From Octopus vulgaris (Eukaryota): a DNA stretch of 64,000 bases. Made by a program: the position numbers and the translations under genes. The notes under the pieces are model-generated. The model was given only the letters and a program-made list of their open reading frames with translations. It had not been told where the DNA came from and made no database searches. Shown here in pieces: positions 11,868 through 26,356 of this stretch; position 1 is the first letter of the stretch, and each line of letters starts with the position of its first letter. The stretch spans positions 86,862,001-86,926,000 of the forward strand of contig OX597823.1 in assembly GCA_951406725.2 (NCBI GenBank), written 5' to 3'.

Positions 11868-12292
11868 TAACTTAGATAACTTAGATAGGTTTCGACCAGT
11901 ATAGGCCCAGGCAATGTCTAAATTAATAGCTCCACCTGGTGAATTATTTTAGATCGTGATTCACACCTCAGTCATATATTAGACACCTTGGCCCACTCTA
12001 GGAAAGATTTATTATTGTTTGCAGACATTTCCGGGTGTAGGAGGTTGGTTCGGGATGTTTCTGAGAAATTTTTCGAGACACGTTTTGAATTTTATGGGAT
12101 CTGTTTCCGTTTTGATGTATTTTGGTATAATATTAAAGAGAGCTGAACCGGTTAAGGTGAAGTAGCTGTGTCTTAATGTTGTTATGAGTCTTGGGTTCGA
12201 TTTTTGTAGTGGGCGGATAGCACGGGGGCCAAGTTTTGGGTGGATATTAAATTAATGCCAACCTCATTTTTGCAATATTGATGGAATGTCTT
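11868..12292 (-). mobile_element. 3' end of a CR1-group LINE (5' truncated)
   Basis: Minus-strand translation ..GSALFNIIPKYIKTETDPIKFKTCLEKFLRNIPNQPPTPG.., then 3' UTR and a (TATCTAAGT)n tail; the tail recurs at about 47243-47313 (+). Confidence 0.75.
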
Positions 12293-12701
12293 CCTCAGTT
12301 ACCTGAATAGTAATCAACACAGTTTTGGAATGTATAATAGAATAGAGTATTTATTGACAAGCAACACTCGCGTATTTCAGTTTTGTAACTTATTGCAATA
12401 TAAAAATTAAACTAAAAAGTTTAAAATTGTTATTTAAACACACCATTCATTTAAGATTAAATTGCTTTAAATTACCCAAATGCATAAACTATTAATATAT
12501 ATATATATACATGCATATGTATTCACAAATATACATACATATTCATGAATATTAATGGATATATGTGTGTGTTTATCTATGTGTATATACCTATCTCTTT
12601 ATCACCTTCTCTAGCCGTATACTCGCACGTGTGCGCGCAATCACATGCGCACACACAAACACAGGCACGTGTATACGTACATACATACATACATACATAC
12701 A

Positions 12702-12737
<36 letters not shown>

Positions 12738-12776
12738 TATATATACATATATACACATATATATATATATATATAT

Positions 12777-12815
<39 letters not shown>

Positions 12816-12868
12816 ACATACACAGATATGTTATATATTATATATGGATTTTATATATACATATATAC

Positions 12869-12917
<49 letters not shown>

Positions 12918-12983
12918 CATATATATAGTGAGAGAGAGATTTTATATACATATATATAGCTAGATAGATAGACACATAGATAC

Positions 12984-13038
<55 letters not shown>

Positions 13039-14154
13039 TTATATAGATATTATGTATATATTATACATAGATATATATATCATATACTATATATTACACA
13101 CACGCACACGTACACACAGATACTCGTATTCATACACACGCACTCACATACACACACACAAACACACACATATGTATGTTATAATTATTATCTCACTAAA
13201 TACATGACATATGAAGCATGTATTGAAAACCACATTGAAATATATAAACTTTATATATATATATATTTTACTACTTTCTCGCTTATCAACTTTATATATA
13301 CCACAAACACACTCACACACATACATATAGTTTATATAAGTATTATCTATATTCTATATACTTTCGTTTCGTAAATGCTACAACTGCATTACTGCAGTGC
13401 AATTATACCACTTAGCTAAATTACTGCACTGGGTTGCTGTGCGAAAATTACACCACTTAGACAAATAGCATCTTCTTTGTTTCGTATATATTTTCTTTCT
13501 ATTTTCTTATTACTTATCTCCATATTTAAATGTCTTTACTTTCTTTCCATTTTCTTCTTTATTATCTCCTCAGCCTTCCTCTTCTTTCTTCCTCATACAT
13601 ACCTATTCATACATTAGTGTCATGTCGTATTTCTCTGTTAATTTCCCCCCTAGATTGTTGAGAGAACGCTCTCAATGGATCGCATTAGGCTTCGGGTGTT
13701 TCTTTTCTTCTCCTTAGTCAACAACATTTCACTGAAAATATAAAATAAATAATGGATTAATTCGCTGTTTGTTATTATATATATTTTCCCTCTATATTCT
13801 ATATGTTAAAGCAAAAGAGCCGTATAAATGGAATAGTGGCGAAAATACCATAATTTTTGTTTGCGTTTTAAATATGTTTCCCCATTTAAGGTTTTTTTTA
13901 TAATTCAGAGCAAAATAGAGACACGGTATATTTTGGTTTCAATTCTGCTTTTTTATATACATATGTTTCAGTTGGTATTTCTATAAGCTTATACGTACTA
14001 TTCACTATGAACAAGATTGTGATTAGTACAAAGGCACTGAAAAAAGAAAATTAAATTTATTAACCAATTTGGTATAGACAACAAATATAATTCCTCTCCC
14101 CCATGCTTCTAATGCTCGTTGATGTTACCTTTCTATGAGAAAAATACATAATCT

Positions 14155-14530
14155 AGAGCTATGGTTCTCAGCTGGGGTCTGTTTGACACTGTGGGGTCCA
14201 AATGAACTGTGAGGTTTCACACGACCTTTGGGAGCCAATATTAGATTTCGTTGTTAATAATGAATAATAAATTGGTTTTACGTCTACAATGCAGAAAGTA
14301 TTTTAACAATTATTTTGTATATAATTCCTAATATTTAATTAGGAAAATATAAGATGATTTCTTTTAAACATGGGTATCCGTCTCGTATGAAAGCCGGCGG
14401 GGCTCACTCTGAGTTTTCTAATGTTTTCACAGTGAACGTACCGGTCGCTTCGATACTAGGCGAAGAGCACCCTCGGAGAAATCAATGGGATCCATAGGCA
14501 CAAAAAAAAAGACCGAAAATGACTATTGAC
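14155..14530. mobile_element. Possible decayed hAT/Charlie-type MITE
   Basis: TCTAGAG followed by CTATGGTTCTCAGCTGGGGTC resembles a Charlie target site plus TIR; right end poorly conserved. Confidence 0.3.
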
Positions 14531-14700
14531 GATTAAGAACGCGTCACAAGAGAATATATAGATCTTGATGACAATGAAATGTAGCAAAGGAATGAGTGTT
14601 TCGTTGACAGCTATAGAAGCTTTCAGTAGGTGTCCTTCAATAAGTTTCTTGCAGCAGCACGTGAACCCTTTGTGTATATCATTACGCTTGTGTTCAATCT

Positions 14701-14980
14701 GTTTAGAGCAGCGGACATGCGGTCGAGGGATCGCGGGTTCGAATCTCAGACCGGGTGATGTTTGTGTTTATGAGCGAAACACCTAAGCGCCACGCGGCTC
14801 CGGCAGAAGGTAATGGCGAACTTCTGCTGATTCTTTCGCCTCAACCTTCTCTCACTCTTTCCTCCTGCATCTTGCAGCTCACCTGCGTGGGACCGCGTCC
14901 CGTCCAGGTGGGGAACCAATCCGCCAAGGAAACCGGGAAACCGGCCCTTATGAGTTAGGAATCGCTCGAGAAGGAACAAA
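14701..14980 (+). mobile_element. SINE family C (tRNA head, 5' truncated), tail type 1-like
   Basis: GCGGGTTCGAATCTC B-box, GAGCGAAACACCTAA body, GAAACCGGGAAACCGG tail; 14-bp TSD CTTGTGTTCAATCT. Confidence 0.9.
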
Positions 14981-15124
14981 CTTGTGTTCAATCTAAGTTA
15001 AAATAATATACCAGATATTGTCCCTTCATTCAATCAAACCCGTACCAAAACCTGAAATCACAATTGTAATCTAACTCCGAAATCATACAACAGAGAAATC
15101 CTGGTCGATGTATCGAATGTTATT

Positions 15125-15485
15125 GGCGCAGGTGTGATTGTGTGTGAGTTATTTGCATTCCAGCTACATAAACCCGAGTTCAGTGCCACCGTGCGGAAAC
15201 TTCCGGCCAACCAAAGCCTTGTGCTTGTATTTTGTAGATGGAAACTTAAAGAAGTCCGTCATGTATGTGTGTGTTTGTGTCGGTGTTTGTCTCCCTCTCA
15301 TCACCGGTGTTGGTTTGTTTACACCCTACTAAGTTAGTAATTCAGCATCACAAAGCGATACAATAGAAACCAGGTTTTAAAATATTAAGTACAAGGTCGA
15401 TTCCTTCGACTAAAAGTTCTTCAAGGCGGTGCCCCAGCATGGCTGCAGTCAGATGGCTGAAACAAGCACAAGATAAACGGTATAA
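15125..15485 (+). mobile_element. Diverged SINE family B
   Basis: CCAAAGCCTTGTG..GGAAACTTAAAGAAG..GGCGGTGCCCCAGCATGGCTGCAGTC. Confidence 0.75.
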
Positions 15486-16659
15486 GTTAAATCAATCATT
15501 TCTAAACTTCTGTCCTGTCGAGTTATAGAAACGAAACACTCAGGAATCTCTTCAAACATAGTTATGACAAACTCATAGTGAGGTCAATAGAAATGTTGGC
15601 GTTGGCAATCAGTCATGGAGTATCCTGGCTAAATAAATTACAGAACATAGTATACATTGCAACCGAAGGAATGTCTTTGCTCTTTATTGCCAGAACATGT
15701 CTCAACTGCCAAAAGTTAGCAGCTTACTCTTTACAAGACACAACTCGGTTCTCAATATTTTAATGTTTCTATATCTAGGTCGTCAGTGCTGATGCAGAAA
15801 AGGGGACAAAATCCTTACACAGAGAAAAATTCTTAACTAGTTGGGGAGAATTCTTTTTTTACTAAACCCTTCAAAGCGGTGCCACAGTATAGTCGAAGTG
15901 CAATGACTCAATCGCGTCATAACTATTTAAATATAAAAGATATTTGGAATGGAGACAGACATCACAATGAAATAGAATATGCTCCATAAAATTATTGACT
16001 TCTCTGCTTTTCTACTGCGAATTTACTGGCATTTATTTAGCTGAATCGACTTGTTTCAACTCCACTCAGGTCCCACTGTTTCATTCGTTTCTTATTCCAT
16101 GTTGTAAATTCCAAGTTTCACATGTTATAGTCCATTCATTCGTTCCTCCTCACAAAGATTTTCCTCTGGAATGTTCTCCAAGCCACTTTTTTTCGAATGT
16201 AGCCGCTTTACAATTGTTCAGAAAGCCAACGGTTGCACCAGCCTTCAACCTTATTCTGTCTACTCTAAAAAGTTTAAATTGTGCATCTTCCTCTCAGCAA
16301 AAAAAAACTAAGAACAAAATCATATCGCTACATATCCACGGATCTAGCAGACACTAAAGGACAGGTTACTACTTGCTCGATCTTTCAACGAAATGCCATA
16401 AAAAATCACTCAGCATTTCTCGATAACCAAATTGCAATCACAGATATGCAAATATATCCGTGAAAAATGTATCATGTATAATCTCACACACACACACACA
16501 CATTATTAAAAATTTTTAAATATAGATTAAGACTAACTAAATATATGTGTCTTAGTTTCTTATATTCAATTATCACTGTTTCATTTAACACGGTGCCATT
16601 CTTTGGAAACAAACACCCGTGATAAACGAGGATTGCTCTACATGCTTTGTTTCTTTTTC

Positions 16660-17020
16660 TTTTTTTTCTTACTTGTTTCAGTCATTACACTGCCTTGAAG
16701 AAGATTAGTCGAAGAAATCAACCCCAGGGCTAATTTTGTTTTAAAGCTGGTACTTATTTTATTGGGAATGTAAATAAACCAACAGCGGTTTTCAGAGTTG
16801 GGAACACATAGACATACACGCATATACATATATATATATATAATATATATGTATGTATATACAACGGACTTCTTTCAGGTTCCACCAACCAAACCTCGCA
16901 AGGCTTTGGTCGACACGAGGCTATAATAGGCGGCACACTTACCCAGGGTGCCACTCAGTGGCACTAAACCCGGAACTATGAGGATGGGAAACAAAATTAT
17001 TACCAAGTAGTCACACCCGC
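16660..17020 (-). mobile_element. Diverged SINE family B
   Basis: CTTGTTTCAGTCATT..CAAGGCTTTGGTCGAC..CCCGGAACTATG; other diverged minus copies at about 25000-25145, 56235-56370 and 58330-58480. Confidence 0.75.
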
Positions 17021-17614
17021 TCTCATACGTAGAGGATGAAATACAAATTAGACCTCATATGACTTCATGATATTAAGACCCTACCACGCCTGTGCTTAAT
17101 CTAACATTTCTGTTCTTCCATTTTGCGGATCACTTTTTCAGGCCGTTTCTACTGATGTATATGACGTATATTTACAGATAACCTTCCAGTTCTGCAATTT
17201 TACATGTTTGAAAAGAATCGACATTTACATAATTTTGGTTGGAACTTTACGACAATGTGACTTTGTTTACAATTCCTCGAGTTTTCCATTGCGTTTTCCA
17301 ATAATGAATACATAAACGAATTTATTTCCAAAAACTATCTTTCTTGCGGTGCTGCTCATACAATAAATACATTTGTATATATTTTTACAAGTTTTTATTT
17401 TATCTTATAGTAACATAATTATACCCAGGGTAAAATAACAGAATGCATTTTATTTAATATTCAAGCATTAAATTGTTTTCACTTCTCCCGGTTTACAATA
17501 TACATATTATATTAACGCTTTGGCTTTTCCTTGGGTCTATTGAACCGATTTTGAATACTTTGCGTCCAAATACGTTATTTGATGCATTTAATAACGAATA
17601 CTTTCATATAGGTG

Positions 17615-17918
17615 GAGACGCAAAGGCTCGGTGGTTAGGGCAGCGGACCCGCGGTCGGAGGATCCCCGTTTCGATTCCCAGACCGGGCGATGTGTGTTTA
17701 TTGGGCGAAAACACCTAAAAGCTCCACGAATCTCCGGCAGGGAGTGGTGACGACTCCTGTTGTACTCTTTCGCCACAACTTTCTCACTCTCTCTTCCTGT
17801 TTCTTGAGTAATGCTGCGATGGACTGGCCTCCCGTTCAGCTGGGGGGAACATATACGCCACAGAAACCGGGAAACCGAGCCCATGAGTCTGGCTAGGCTT
17901 GAAAAGGGCGCAAGAAAC
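17615..17918 (+). mobile_element. SINE family C head with tail type 1
   Basis: GGCTCGGTGGTTAGGGCAGCGGAC head, GCTGCGATGGACTGGC..GAAACCGGGAAACC tail; TSD TTTCATATAGG. Confidence 0.9.
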
Positions 17919-18390
17919 ATTTTCATATAGGCAACAAACTAATATATAACACATACATACGCGTCTGAGCGTGTGATGGTGCATAGCTCAGGGGTAAAAG
18001 AGTTGTGATTGCAATCGGGAGGGGAGGGGTTGTGAGTTCGGTTCCCGGATCGGGTTGCGTTCTTGAGCAAGATATTTTATTTCACTGTTTTTTTTTGGGG
18101 GGGGGGGGCTTTTCAGTGGTAAAAATAAATAAATAAATTAAAGGTTTAAGAGAGTTTAAAGTTACAAGGTAAGATTCGAAAAAAAATAAAAACTTGTTTA
18201 AACAATCATATGTTCAAATGCTCAAATGGCCATAGGGATTGTAAATATTGTTTCTTCTTTTTTGCTTGGACACTGGCTTTTCATAATGGGTTTTCCCTTA
18301 TCTTAAAAAATAATTTTGAATCGAAAAAATTTCTAAACGATGAACTTTTATCTTATCTTATATATTATATATTTTATATGTTTCCTAGTG

Positions 18391-18778
18391 CAGGCGCAAT
18401 GGCCCAGTGGTTACGGCAGCGGACTCGCAGTCATAGGATCGCGGTTTCGATTAGCAGACCGGGCGTTATGAGTGTTTATTGAGCGAAAACACCTAAAGCT
18501 CCACGAGGCTCCGGCAGGGGATGGTGGTGATCCCTGCTGTACTCTTTCACCACAACTTTCTCTCACTCTTACTTCCTGTTTCTGTTGTACCTGTATTTCA
18601 CTCTCTGTTGTACCTGTATGTCACTCTCTGTGTCACGCTGAATATCCCCGAGAACTACGTTAAGGCTACACGTATCTGTGGAGTGCTCAGCCACTTACAC
18701 GTTAATTTCACGAGCAGGCTGTTCCGTTGATTCGGATCAACCGGAACCCTCGTCGTCGTAACTGACGGAGTGCTTCCA
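18391..18778 (+). mobile_element. SINE family C head with tail type 2
   Basis: GGCGCAATGGCCCAGTGGTTA head; tail GAGCAGGCTGTTCCGTTGAT..CGTCGTCGTAACTGACGG; TSD ATATGTTTCCTA. Confidence 0.9.
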
Positions 18779-19142
18779 AATATGTTTCCTACATATACGT
18801 ATTTTTATATATTTATTATTCTAGATATTATAATGTTAAAATATATTTTTTTAGTCGCTAAAGTATTAATTTTTAATCGCGATAGTCTGTACTCACACAT
18901 TTCTCTTATATGCTTGTATTAATGAATTATGTCTCATCTTCTGTGATTTTATGCATCTATATTCTATGTGTAAGTAAAAGCATTATGTGACTAAATGTTC
19001 GAGATATGAACTTTTACGTGGATGACCTTGTATTTGTTTGTTCTGCAACCAAAGTTTAATATATTTGTCTCATTTACTTGACCACTTCTATCGCAGTCCT
19101 ATTAAACATTTTGTTCCTGATAAGAAACAATCACTGTATTAT

Positions 19143-19691
<549 letters not shown>

Positions 19692-19944
19692 CATCTTAGT
19701 TTTTAATAAACCCGGTAGTTTATCAGTAAAGCAGCTTCAGTAGCTTAGCGTTTTTTTGGGTATGTAATTAAGTAGAGAGAGAAGACGTGTATTTGTTTCC
19801 TTTTTTCATCTCGTCTTCGTTATGGTTCTTCCATAAGAATGAAACTCTATCTTTTAATTTGCCATTTCTATATACAAAAACGAAGAAAACCTACTCAAAT
19901 AATTTGTGTGAAGCAGAGTTTCTCTTAACGAGATACCACTTGGA

Positions 19945-20057
19945 ATCACCTGAGGAAACACATCTGCACCGAGAGATACACTTAAACCAGTTGTACAGTA
20001 TCTGACTCACGAGCAAGCGATGCCAGATTGATCGAAACGATGGTTGTGATCAATAAA
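19945..20057 (+). ncRNA. Type-I hammerhead-like motif with a long stem II region
   Basis: ATCAC-CTGAGGA-[77 nt]-GAAAC-GATG-GTT-GTGAT: canonical CUGANGA and GAAA boxes, stem I ATCAC/GTGAT, then AATAAA. Confidence 0.6.
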
Positions 20058-20203
20058 GATTCTCGTATTTTCTATCATCCGTATCTCATTAATTATGTTT
20101 TCATCCAAAATGGAGATGAACACCGTTCTTACATGTGATCAGCTTGAAACACTAAGATATTGAGACAGTTTCTTCATATGAACCCAATGGTAGCCTTAAG
20201 TGA

Positions 20204-20536
20204 AGGCGCATGGCTCAGTGCTTAGATCATCGAGCTTTCGATCGTGAGATTGTGAGTTCGAATCCCGGACCGGGCTGCGTGTTGTGTTCTTGACCAAAAC
20301 TCTTTATTCCACGTTACCCAAGTTCATCCAGCTGTAGAAATGAGTTGCCACGTGACAGGTGCTACACTGTATCGGCCTTTGCCTTTCCCTTGGATAACAC
20401 TAGTGTCGTGGAGAGGAGAGGCTGGTATGCATGGGTGACTGCTGGTCCTCCACAAACAACCTTGCCTGGAACTGTGCCTGGGAGGGTGACTTTCTAGGTG
20501 CAATCCCATGGACATTCATGACTGAATGGTGTCTCA
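20204..20536 (+). mobile_element. SINE family D
   Basis: GGCGCATGGCTCAGTGCTTAG A-box, GAGTTCGAATCCC B-box; 12-bp TSD GGTAGCCTTAAG. Confidence 0.9.
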
Positions 20537-20639
20537 GGTAGCCTTAAGGCACAAATAAAGAAAAACCTATGCATCGGAGCTCATATTCACTATTCGACAC
20601 TTCATCATGTTGAACCGCTAATCTCTAAATATTATTGTT

Positions 20640-20849
20640 CTCTTTCGGTTAATCATGTTGAACCGTTAATCTCTACTCTAATTTTTTTTCACTCCCTCCT
20701 TTTGTTCTTTTTATTTTCCTTTTAATCTTTTCTCTCGAAGAGCGTAGGCTCGAAACGTAAAAGATTTTTCGTTCTTCCCGAGCGTTAAACTAATACACCT
20801 GTTCCTTGTTCCTACACTTGTCTTCGTCTTTTCTTTTCTGTAAAATTGA

Positions 20850-20850
<1 letters not shown>
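20640..20850 (+). mobile_element. Penelope-like terminal repeat fragment with a hammerhead-like motif (E1)
   Basis: CTTTT-CTCTCGA-A-GAGC-GTAG-GCTC-GAAACGTA-AAAG, followed by TTCCCGAGCGTTAAAC as in the copy at 5451. Confidence 0.6.
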
Positions 20851-20889
<39 letters not shown>

Positions 20890-20985
20890 TACGTGTGTTT
20901 ATGTATGTGGAGAGAGAGAAGGAAATACAGACAGACAGATAGACACAACCAGACAGAGAGACAGATTGACAGACAGACAGCAGAC

Positions 20986-21071
<86 letters not shown>

Positions 21072-21256
21072 GTAGATAGATAGATAAGAAAACAGACAGA
21101 CGTACAGACGGACAGACAGACAGATAGATGGAAAGACAGATATATTTTTTATTGGCCACTCATGACTGACCACAGAAAGGACAAAATACAAAGTAACGCT
21201 ATTCTTTTTGAGAAGGAGATAAGAAAAAACAACGATGGCAACATAGATAGAATGAC

Positions 21257-21319
<63 letters not shown>

Positions 21320-21345
21320 GAGAGAGATAGATAGAGAGAGAGAGA

Positions 21346-21377
<32 letters not shown>

Positions 21378-21980
21378 CGAATGCGAATGTCGGTTTGACA
21401 ATATATTAAAAGTATCAAGTTTTGCATTTCTCCTGTCGTGTGTCCACAAAATAGCCGCGGTTTAAACAAAACCACAACCAACTTATTTATTATTCATTCT
21501 ATGGTTTAATACAATATTTATTCTTTTATTCTTCTTTTTGGCTCTGAACTGATATAAGAATCACATAAAAAATGCATTCTGTTGTCAACTGGAAAATAAT
21601 TTATATTCTAGCAGAGAGGAGGAGTTATTATGGCGTTTTATGTATTGAACAAACATATATTATTTCCTTGTTTGGTATTCGTTTGGTTCTTTTTGTTATT
21701 TATATATTTCAAAAACGATTGACGCGGCTTTCATCCGAACGTCATTCCAGGTTTTAGTTAGGATTTGGCCTGAAACTTCGTCTATTATATCCATACAAAA
21801 CCATAACTGATATATGTAAACATATATACAGTAGTCCGTGACATCCATAGCTTTAATACATTCAGTTGCGTTTGTGTGAGTCTGCGCATATACATAAACA
21901 CATAAATATGTACCCATTCATACCCAACCTCGTACAATTATATACATGCATATATATACATAGACACACACACACACACA

Positions 21981-22028
<48 letters not shown>

Positions 22029-22090
22029 GATATTATATATATATATATACATATATGTACATATATATATATAAATATGTATATATATAC

Positions 22091-22125
<35 letters not shown>

Positions 22126-22809
22126 CATACATATATACACACACATATATATGTATATATACACACACACATATATATGTACATACTTAACATATAATAT
22201 ATATGTGTGTGTGTGTACGTATGTCTTTACGTGTTTAATCTTGTCTTTTTGTAATAATGCATACATATAAACAGACAAACACACACGCACACGCACATAT
22301 ATATATATATACGTGTTTGTGTATTTGTGTCTGTGTGCGTACGTAAGTATGTATGTATGTAAGTATTGCGTATGTATGCGTGTGTGTGTGAGAGAGAAAA
22401 AGAGAGAGAGAGAGAGAGAGAAAATACATACGTGAGTGTGCATGTCCATTTTGCAAGTAACACCATGAAATCTAAATAGGATTAATAAGACACGATGTTT
22501 TTGAATATATCTACACACAATACATCACAGTATGTGTTTCGACGTTTATAAACATACAACAACTTTAAAGTTACATTCATATCAGAAATGCGTTCATATG
22601 ACACCTTGTCTTGGCATCGCACGTTAGTTGTATAAATAAATAAATAAATAAATAAATAAATAGAACTTACAGAAATCCAGCATCTTATATATCACATATA
22701 TGCACATGTGTAATGTATATACGTGTGTGTGCGCATATATACATACACACACATCACTCGCACACACACACATGAATTTATGCAAATGGACATTGTTGCG
22801 TATATTTAT

Positions 22810-22870
<61 letters not shown>

Positions 22871-23076
22871 CATATATATATAAATATTATATATATATTT
22901 ATACTTGTATATATGTAAATATAAATATATGGTAGGTATGTGTGTGTCTCTATCCTTCTATCGTATACATACATGCATATATATATATATACAAATATAC
23001 ATGGTATATATACACAGACACACCACATATTTATATATAAAATATATATGTATATACCAAATATATGTGCATGCAC

Positions 23077-23128
<52 letters not shown>

Positions 23129-23830
23129 GTTTGCATGTATATATATATTTGTGTGTGTGTGTGTGTGTTTGTGTGTTTGTGTGTGTTTGTGTGTTTGCGT
23201 GTGTGTGTATAGGTATATATGTGCGTATGTATTGAAAGATATATTTGCAGAACCTATGTCAAATGTACATTGTTCCGAAGTAGTTTGTTTACAGTAGTGA
23301 TAGCTTCATGCACAAATCTATTCTACTTTAAGTTAAATACTTTTATTGAATGCAGTTAAAGAGCGTCTGAAAACGATAACAAAATGCGCCTAGACCTCTC
23401 TAGGAAGTCTGAAATGTTTAAGAATAGCGCGAAACACGATCCTTTTAACTTGATTTTCATTGCAGGCTTTTAATTCAATCGATTTCATGCAGCCTTTGGT
23501 ATACTTGGTCACGAAATATTAATTGTAATATTGATGGTAACGCAAACCTTGCTTAGAGAACCGTTTGGTAACTGTTAGAAACAAAAACATCAAAGTTATA
23601 TACTTGTGCTGAGATAATTAAAGCAGAATTTACCAAACAAATCGCTTACGTGATATCATTGATGTTACAGGTGTGGATTAAAATACTGTTTTGAATTAAA
23701 AATCTATCTGGAAGCTATGGTGCTTATAGCTAATGATATTACATATACGGTAGAAATACTTATAATATAATGTTTATTGTTATATATGTATGCGTTTATA
23801 TACATTATATATTTTTTTTATTATTTTCAG

Positions 23831-23868
23831 ATATCCTGAAACGTATTCATTTATAAAAGTATCGTATG
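23831..23868 (+). other. Candidate 38-nt exon
   Basis: T-rich tract ending TTATTTTCAG, and donor ATG|GTATGC; no other support. Confidence 0.2.
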
Positions 23869-24315
23869 GTATGCAATCATTCTTTTAAATATACCAAATA
23901 TATTCTAGTCTTTGTAGGAGCGTCTGCGTTCTGAGTTAGCCGATGGTCTTATCGAAATAGTATTTTAAATTTGCCGTAATGTTCAGATTTTATTGCTACC
24001 GCATTGATACTGCATTGTGAGTCTTAGCGGTCAGTTGGTCCAGTTCATTACACTGGTAAATAGAAATCGCAGGGTGGGAACAATTAATCCTTTTTAAGTC
24101 GTTATAACATCATAAAATCATAACCAATCCCAGTTGAACGTCTTAGAAGTAAAAGAACACTTCAGACAATGTAGTGTTTGATATATCTATTCTGATGTGG
24201 GAATACAAAATGGCGTACGCAAGAATGATTTTGATCATACATTTACTTGTTTAAAACGACCAGGCGATAAACAAATACAACAGGAAACATCATAGTTAGT
24301 TTGAAATCTAATATT

Positions 24316-24652
24316 GGTTTTGGCGTAATAGGAAATCAGAGCGTAAAAATGGACGAGATGCCGCCAAGCATTCTCGTTTCTTACTAACGATTCTGCCAGT
24401 TCACTACTTTAGTTTGATGTCTAATATTAGTTTCAAATATTGGCACAAGGACAGAAATTTTAGGGGTGAGGTTAAGTCGATTAAATCAACCTCAATTCTC
24501 AACTGGTATTTATTCAATCAATCTATAACTCATCCGAAAGGATGAAAGGCAAAGTCGACCTCGGCAGAATATGAACTCAGAACGTAAAGACGGAGAAGAT
24601 GACGCTAAGCATTTTGTCAGGCATCCTATCGATTCTGCCAGGTCGCTGCCCT
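24316..24652 (-). mobile_element. Two tandem family A SINEs (first one deleted) separated by repeated target-like sequence
   Basis: AGTTTGAAATCTAATATT (24298), AGTTTGATGTCTAATATT (24411) and AGTTGGATGTCTAACATT (24653) bracket the two copies. Confidence 0.75.
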
Positions 24653-26024
24653 AGTTGGATGTCTAACATTAACGATATTTTATTCTATAACATTTATTGA
24701 TCGTTTGCTTCACGTGTCGGTTAAAAAAATATCGATCGGTTGTTTGTCTGTCAGTCATAATTAGTTAGTTGTTTAGGTATTTAGCCTATTGACTAACAAT
24801 AAAGAAGTCGAATTGAAGTACTGCGTGTTTTTACTATAGGCGTAATGACTCTCACAAAACTCAAGAAAATTTATTTCAATACACGAGTTCACATCAAGAA
24901 TCTTGCCCACAAAACCGAAATATATGTGTGTTTGTGTTTGTGTAATTGTATGTATGTACTACGTTTGTATGTATGTATGTATGTATGTATGTATGTATGT
25001 ATGCGATGAGCCTCCGCCTATAAAAATTCTCTGACAAGGCCTTGGGCAGCCCGACGGCATAATAGAAGACTCATGTCCAAAAGACTGAACCTGAAACAAC
25101 CTGGTTAGAGGCAGCATAGCGATCTTCTTATCTACACACCCATGCATGATTTCCTGCAGATTCGTATCATATTGACGAATTAGCAGAGGATTATCTGAGA
25201 ATAAAAAATAGCTTTAGAATACTTTATTTTCAATGTAATTGAAGAAAGTTCAGTCGATGATAACATCATAGACGATTACTGCGATATCAAACACTGTCTT
25301 CATCGACCTCGTCGCTGTATGTTCACCACCATGTTTGTACGTAACATAAAACAAGTATGTAGAGGAAGTCTCGCACTACGAGCAAATCAGGAACAATATT
25401 CTTGACCTCCAACACAGATACCAATGCGAGGGAAATAATGATTGAATGTAACCTGTCTTTATAGATTGGAGCATGGCTGTTTGCAAAGAAGTTTTCTTTC
25501 TAACCGAGCAATTTCTGTTTCGGTTTCCCTGCGTAGTACCTTAAGCAAGTATTTAATACTATGGTATATGAGTGAATTCTAGAATTCACATTTATTTTTA
25601 TTGGCTTCGTTTCAGAATTTAAAGTCTCAGTGAAATTAGCCACCCAGGCAGGTTGGTTTCTTTTTTGTACATTTTTTAAAATAATCCTTTTTCTAAAGGT
25701 ACAAGACCCAAAATTTTGGCGGCGAGGCCTTTAGTCGAATACATCGATCAGCTGGTTCTAATTTCCTCGACACTGAAGGAATTCAGAACCTAAAACCAGA
25801 CGAAATGCTACTCAGTACTTTGTCACGTGTTCTAACATTTCTGCAACATGAGTTTAAAAATACCATTTCGCCATGCATTCACTATAATTAAGCGATATAT
25901 TCACATACAGCCCTGGCGGTCGTTCAAACAGCTGAGCCTCAGCAGAACCGAGGATGTATCCTGGCGAAAATAACCTTATCCCAAATATTGACACTTATCA
26001 ACACGCTCAGGAATAACTTCTTGT

Positions 26025-26350
26025 GAACGCTCGCGGCCTAGTGGTTAGGGCATTCGGATCACAACCGTAAGGGTATGAGTTCAATTTCCGACGGTGCGTT
26101 GTGTCTCTGATCAAGAAAATTCATTTCACGTCCCTGCAGCCCACTTAACTGGAAACACGGAATTGCAGCTGTAATTCAAAAGAGCCAACCTGTTAACATT
26201 CTTTTGTTGGGTGTCTGAATCTCCCTAAGGACTACGTTAAAGGCATGCATGCGTGTAAAGTGCTCAACCACGTGTACTTTATTTTCAGGAGCAGGCTGTT
26301 CCGTTGATCAGATCAACCGAAGCACCCGTCGTCGTAATTGACGGGGTGTA
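26025..26350 (+). mobile_element. SINE with CORE-like head and tail type 2
   Basis: GGCCTAGTGGTTAGGGC A-box, GAGTTCAATT B-box, GCGTTGTGTCTCTGATCAAG; tail shared with 18391-18778. Confidence 0.8.
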
Positions 26351-26356
26351 AAAGAA

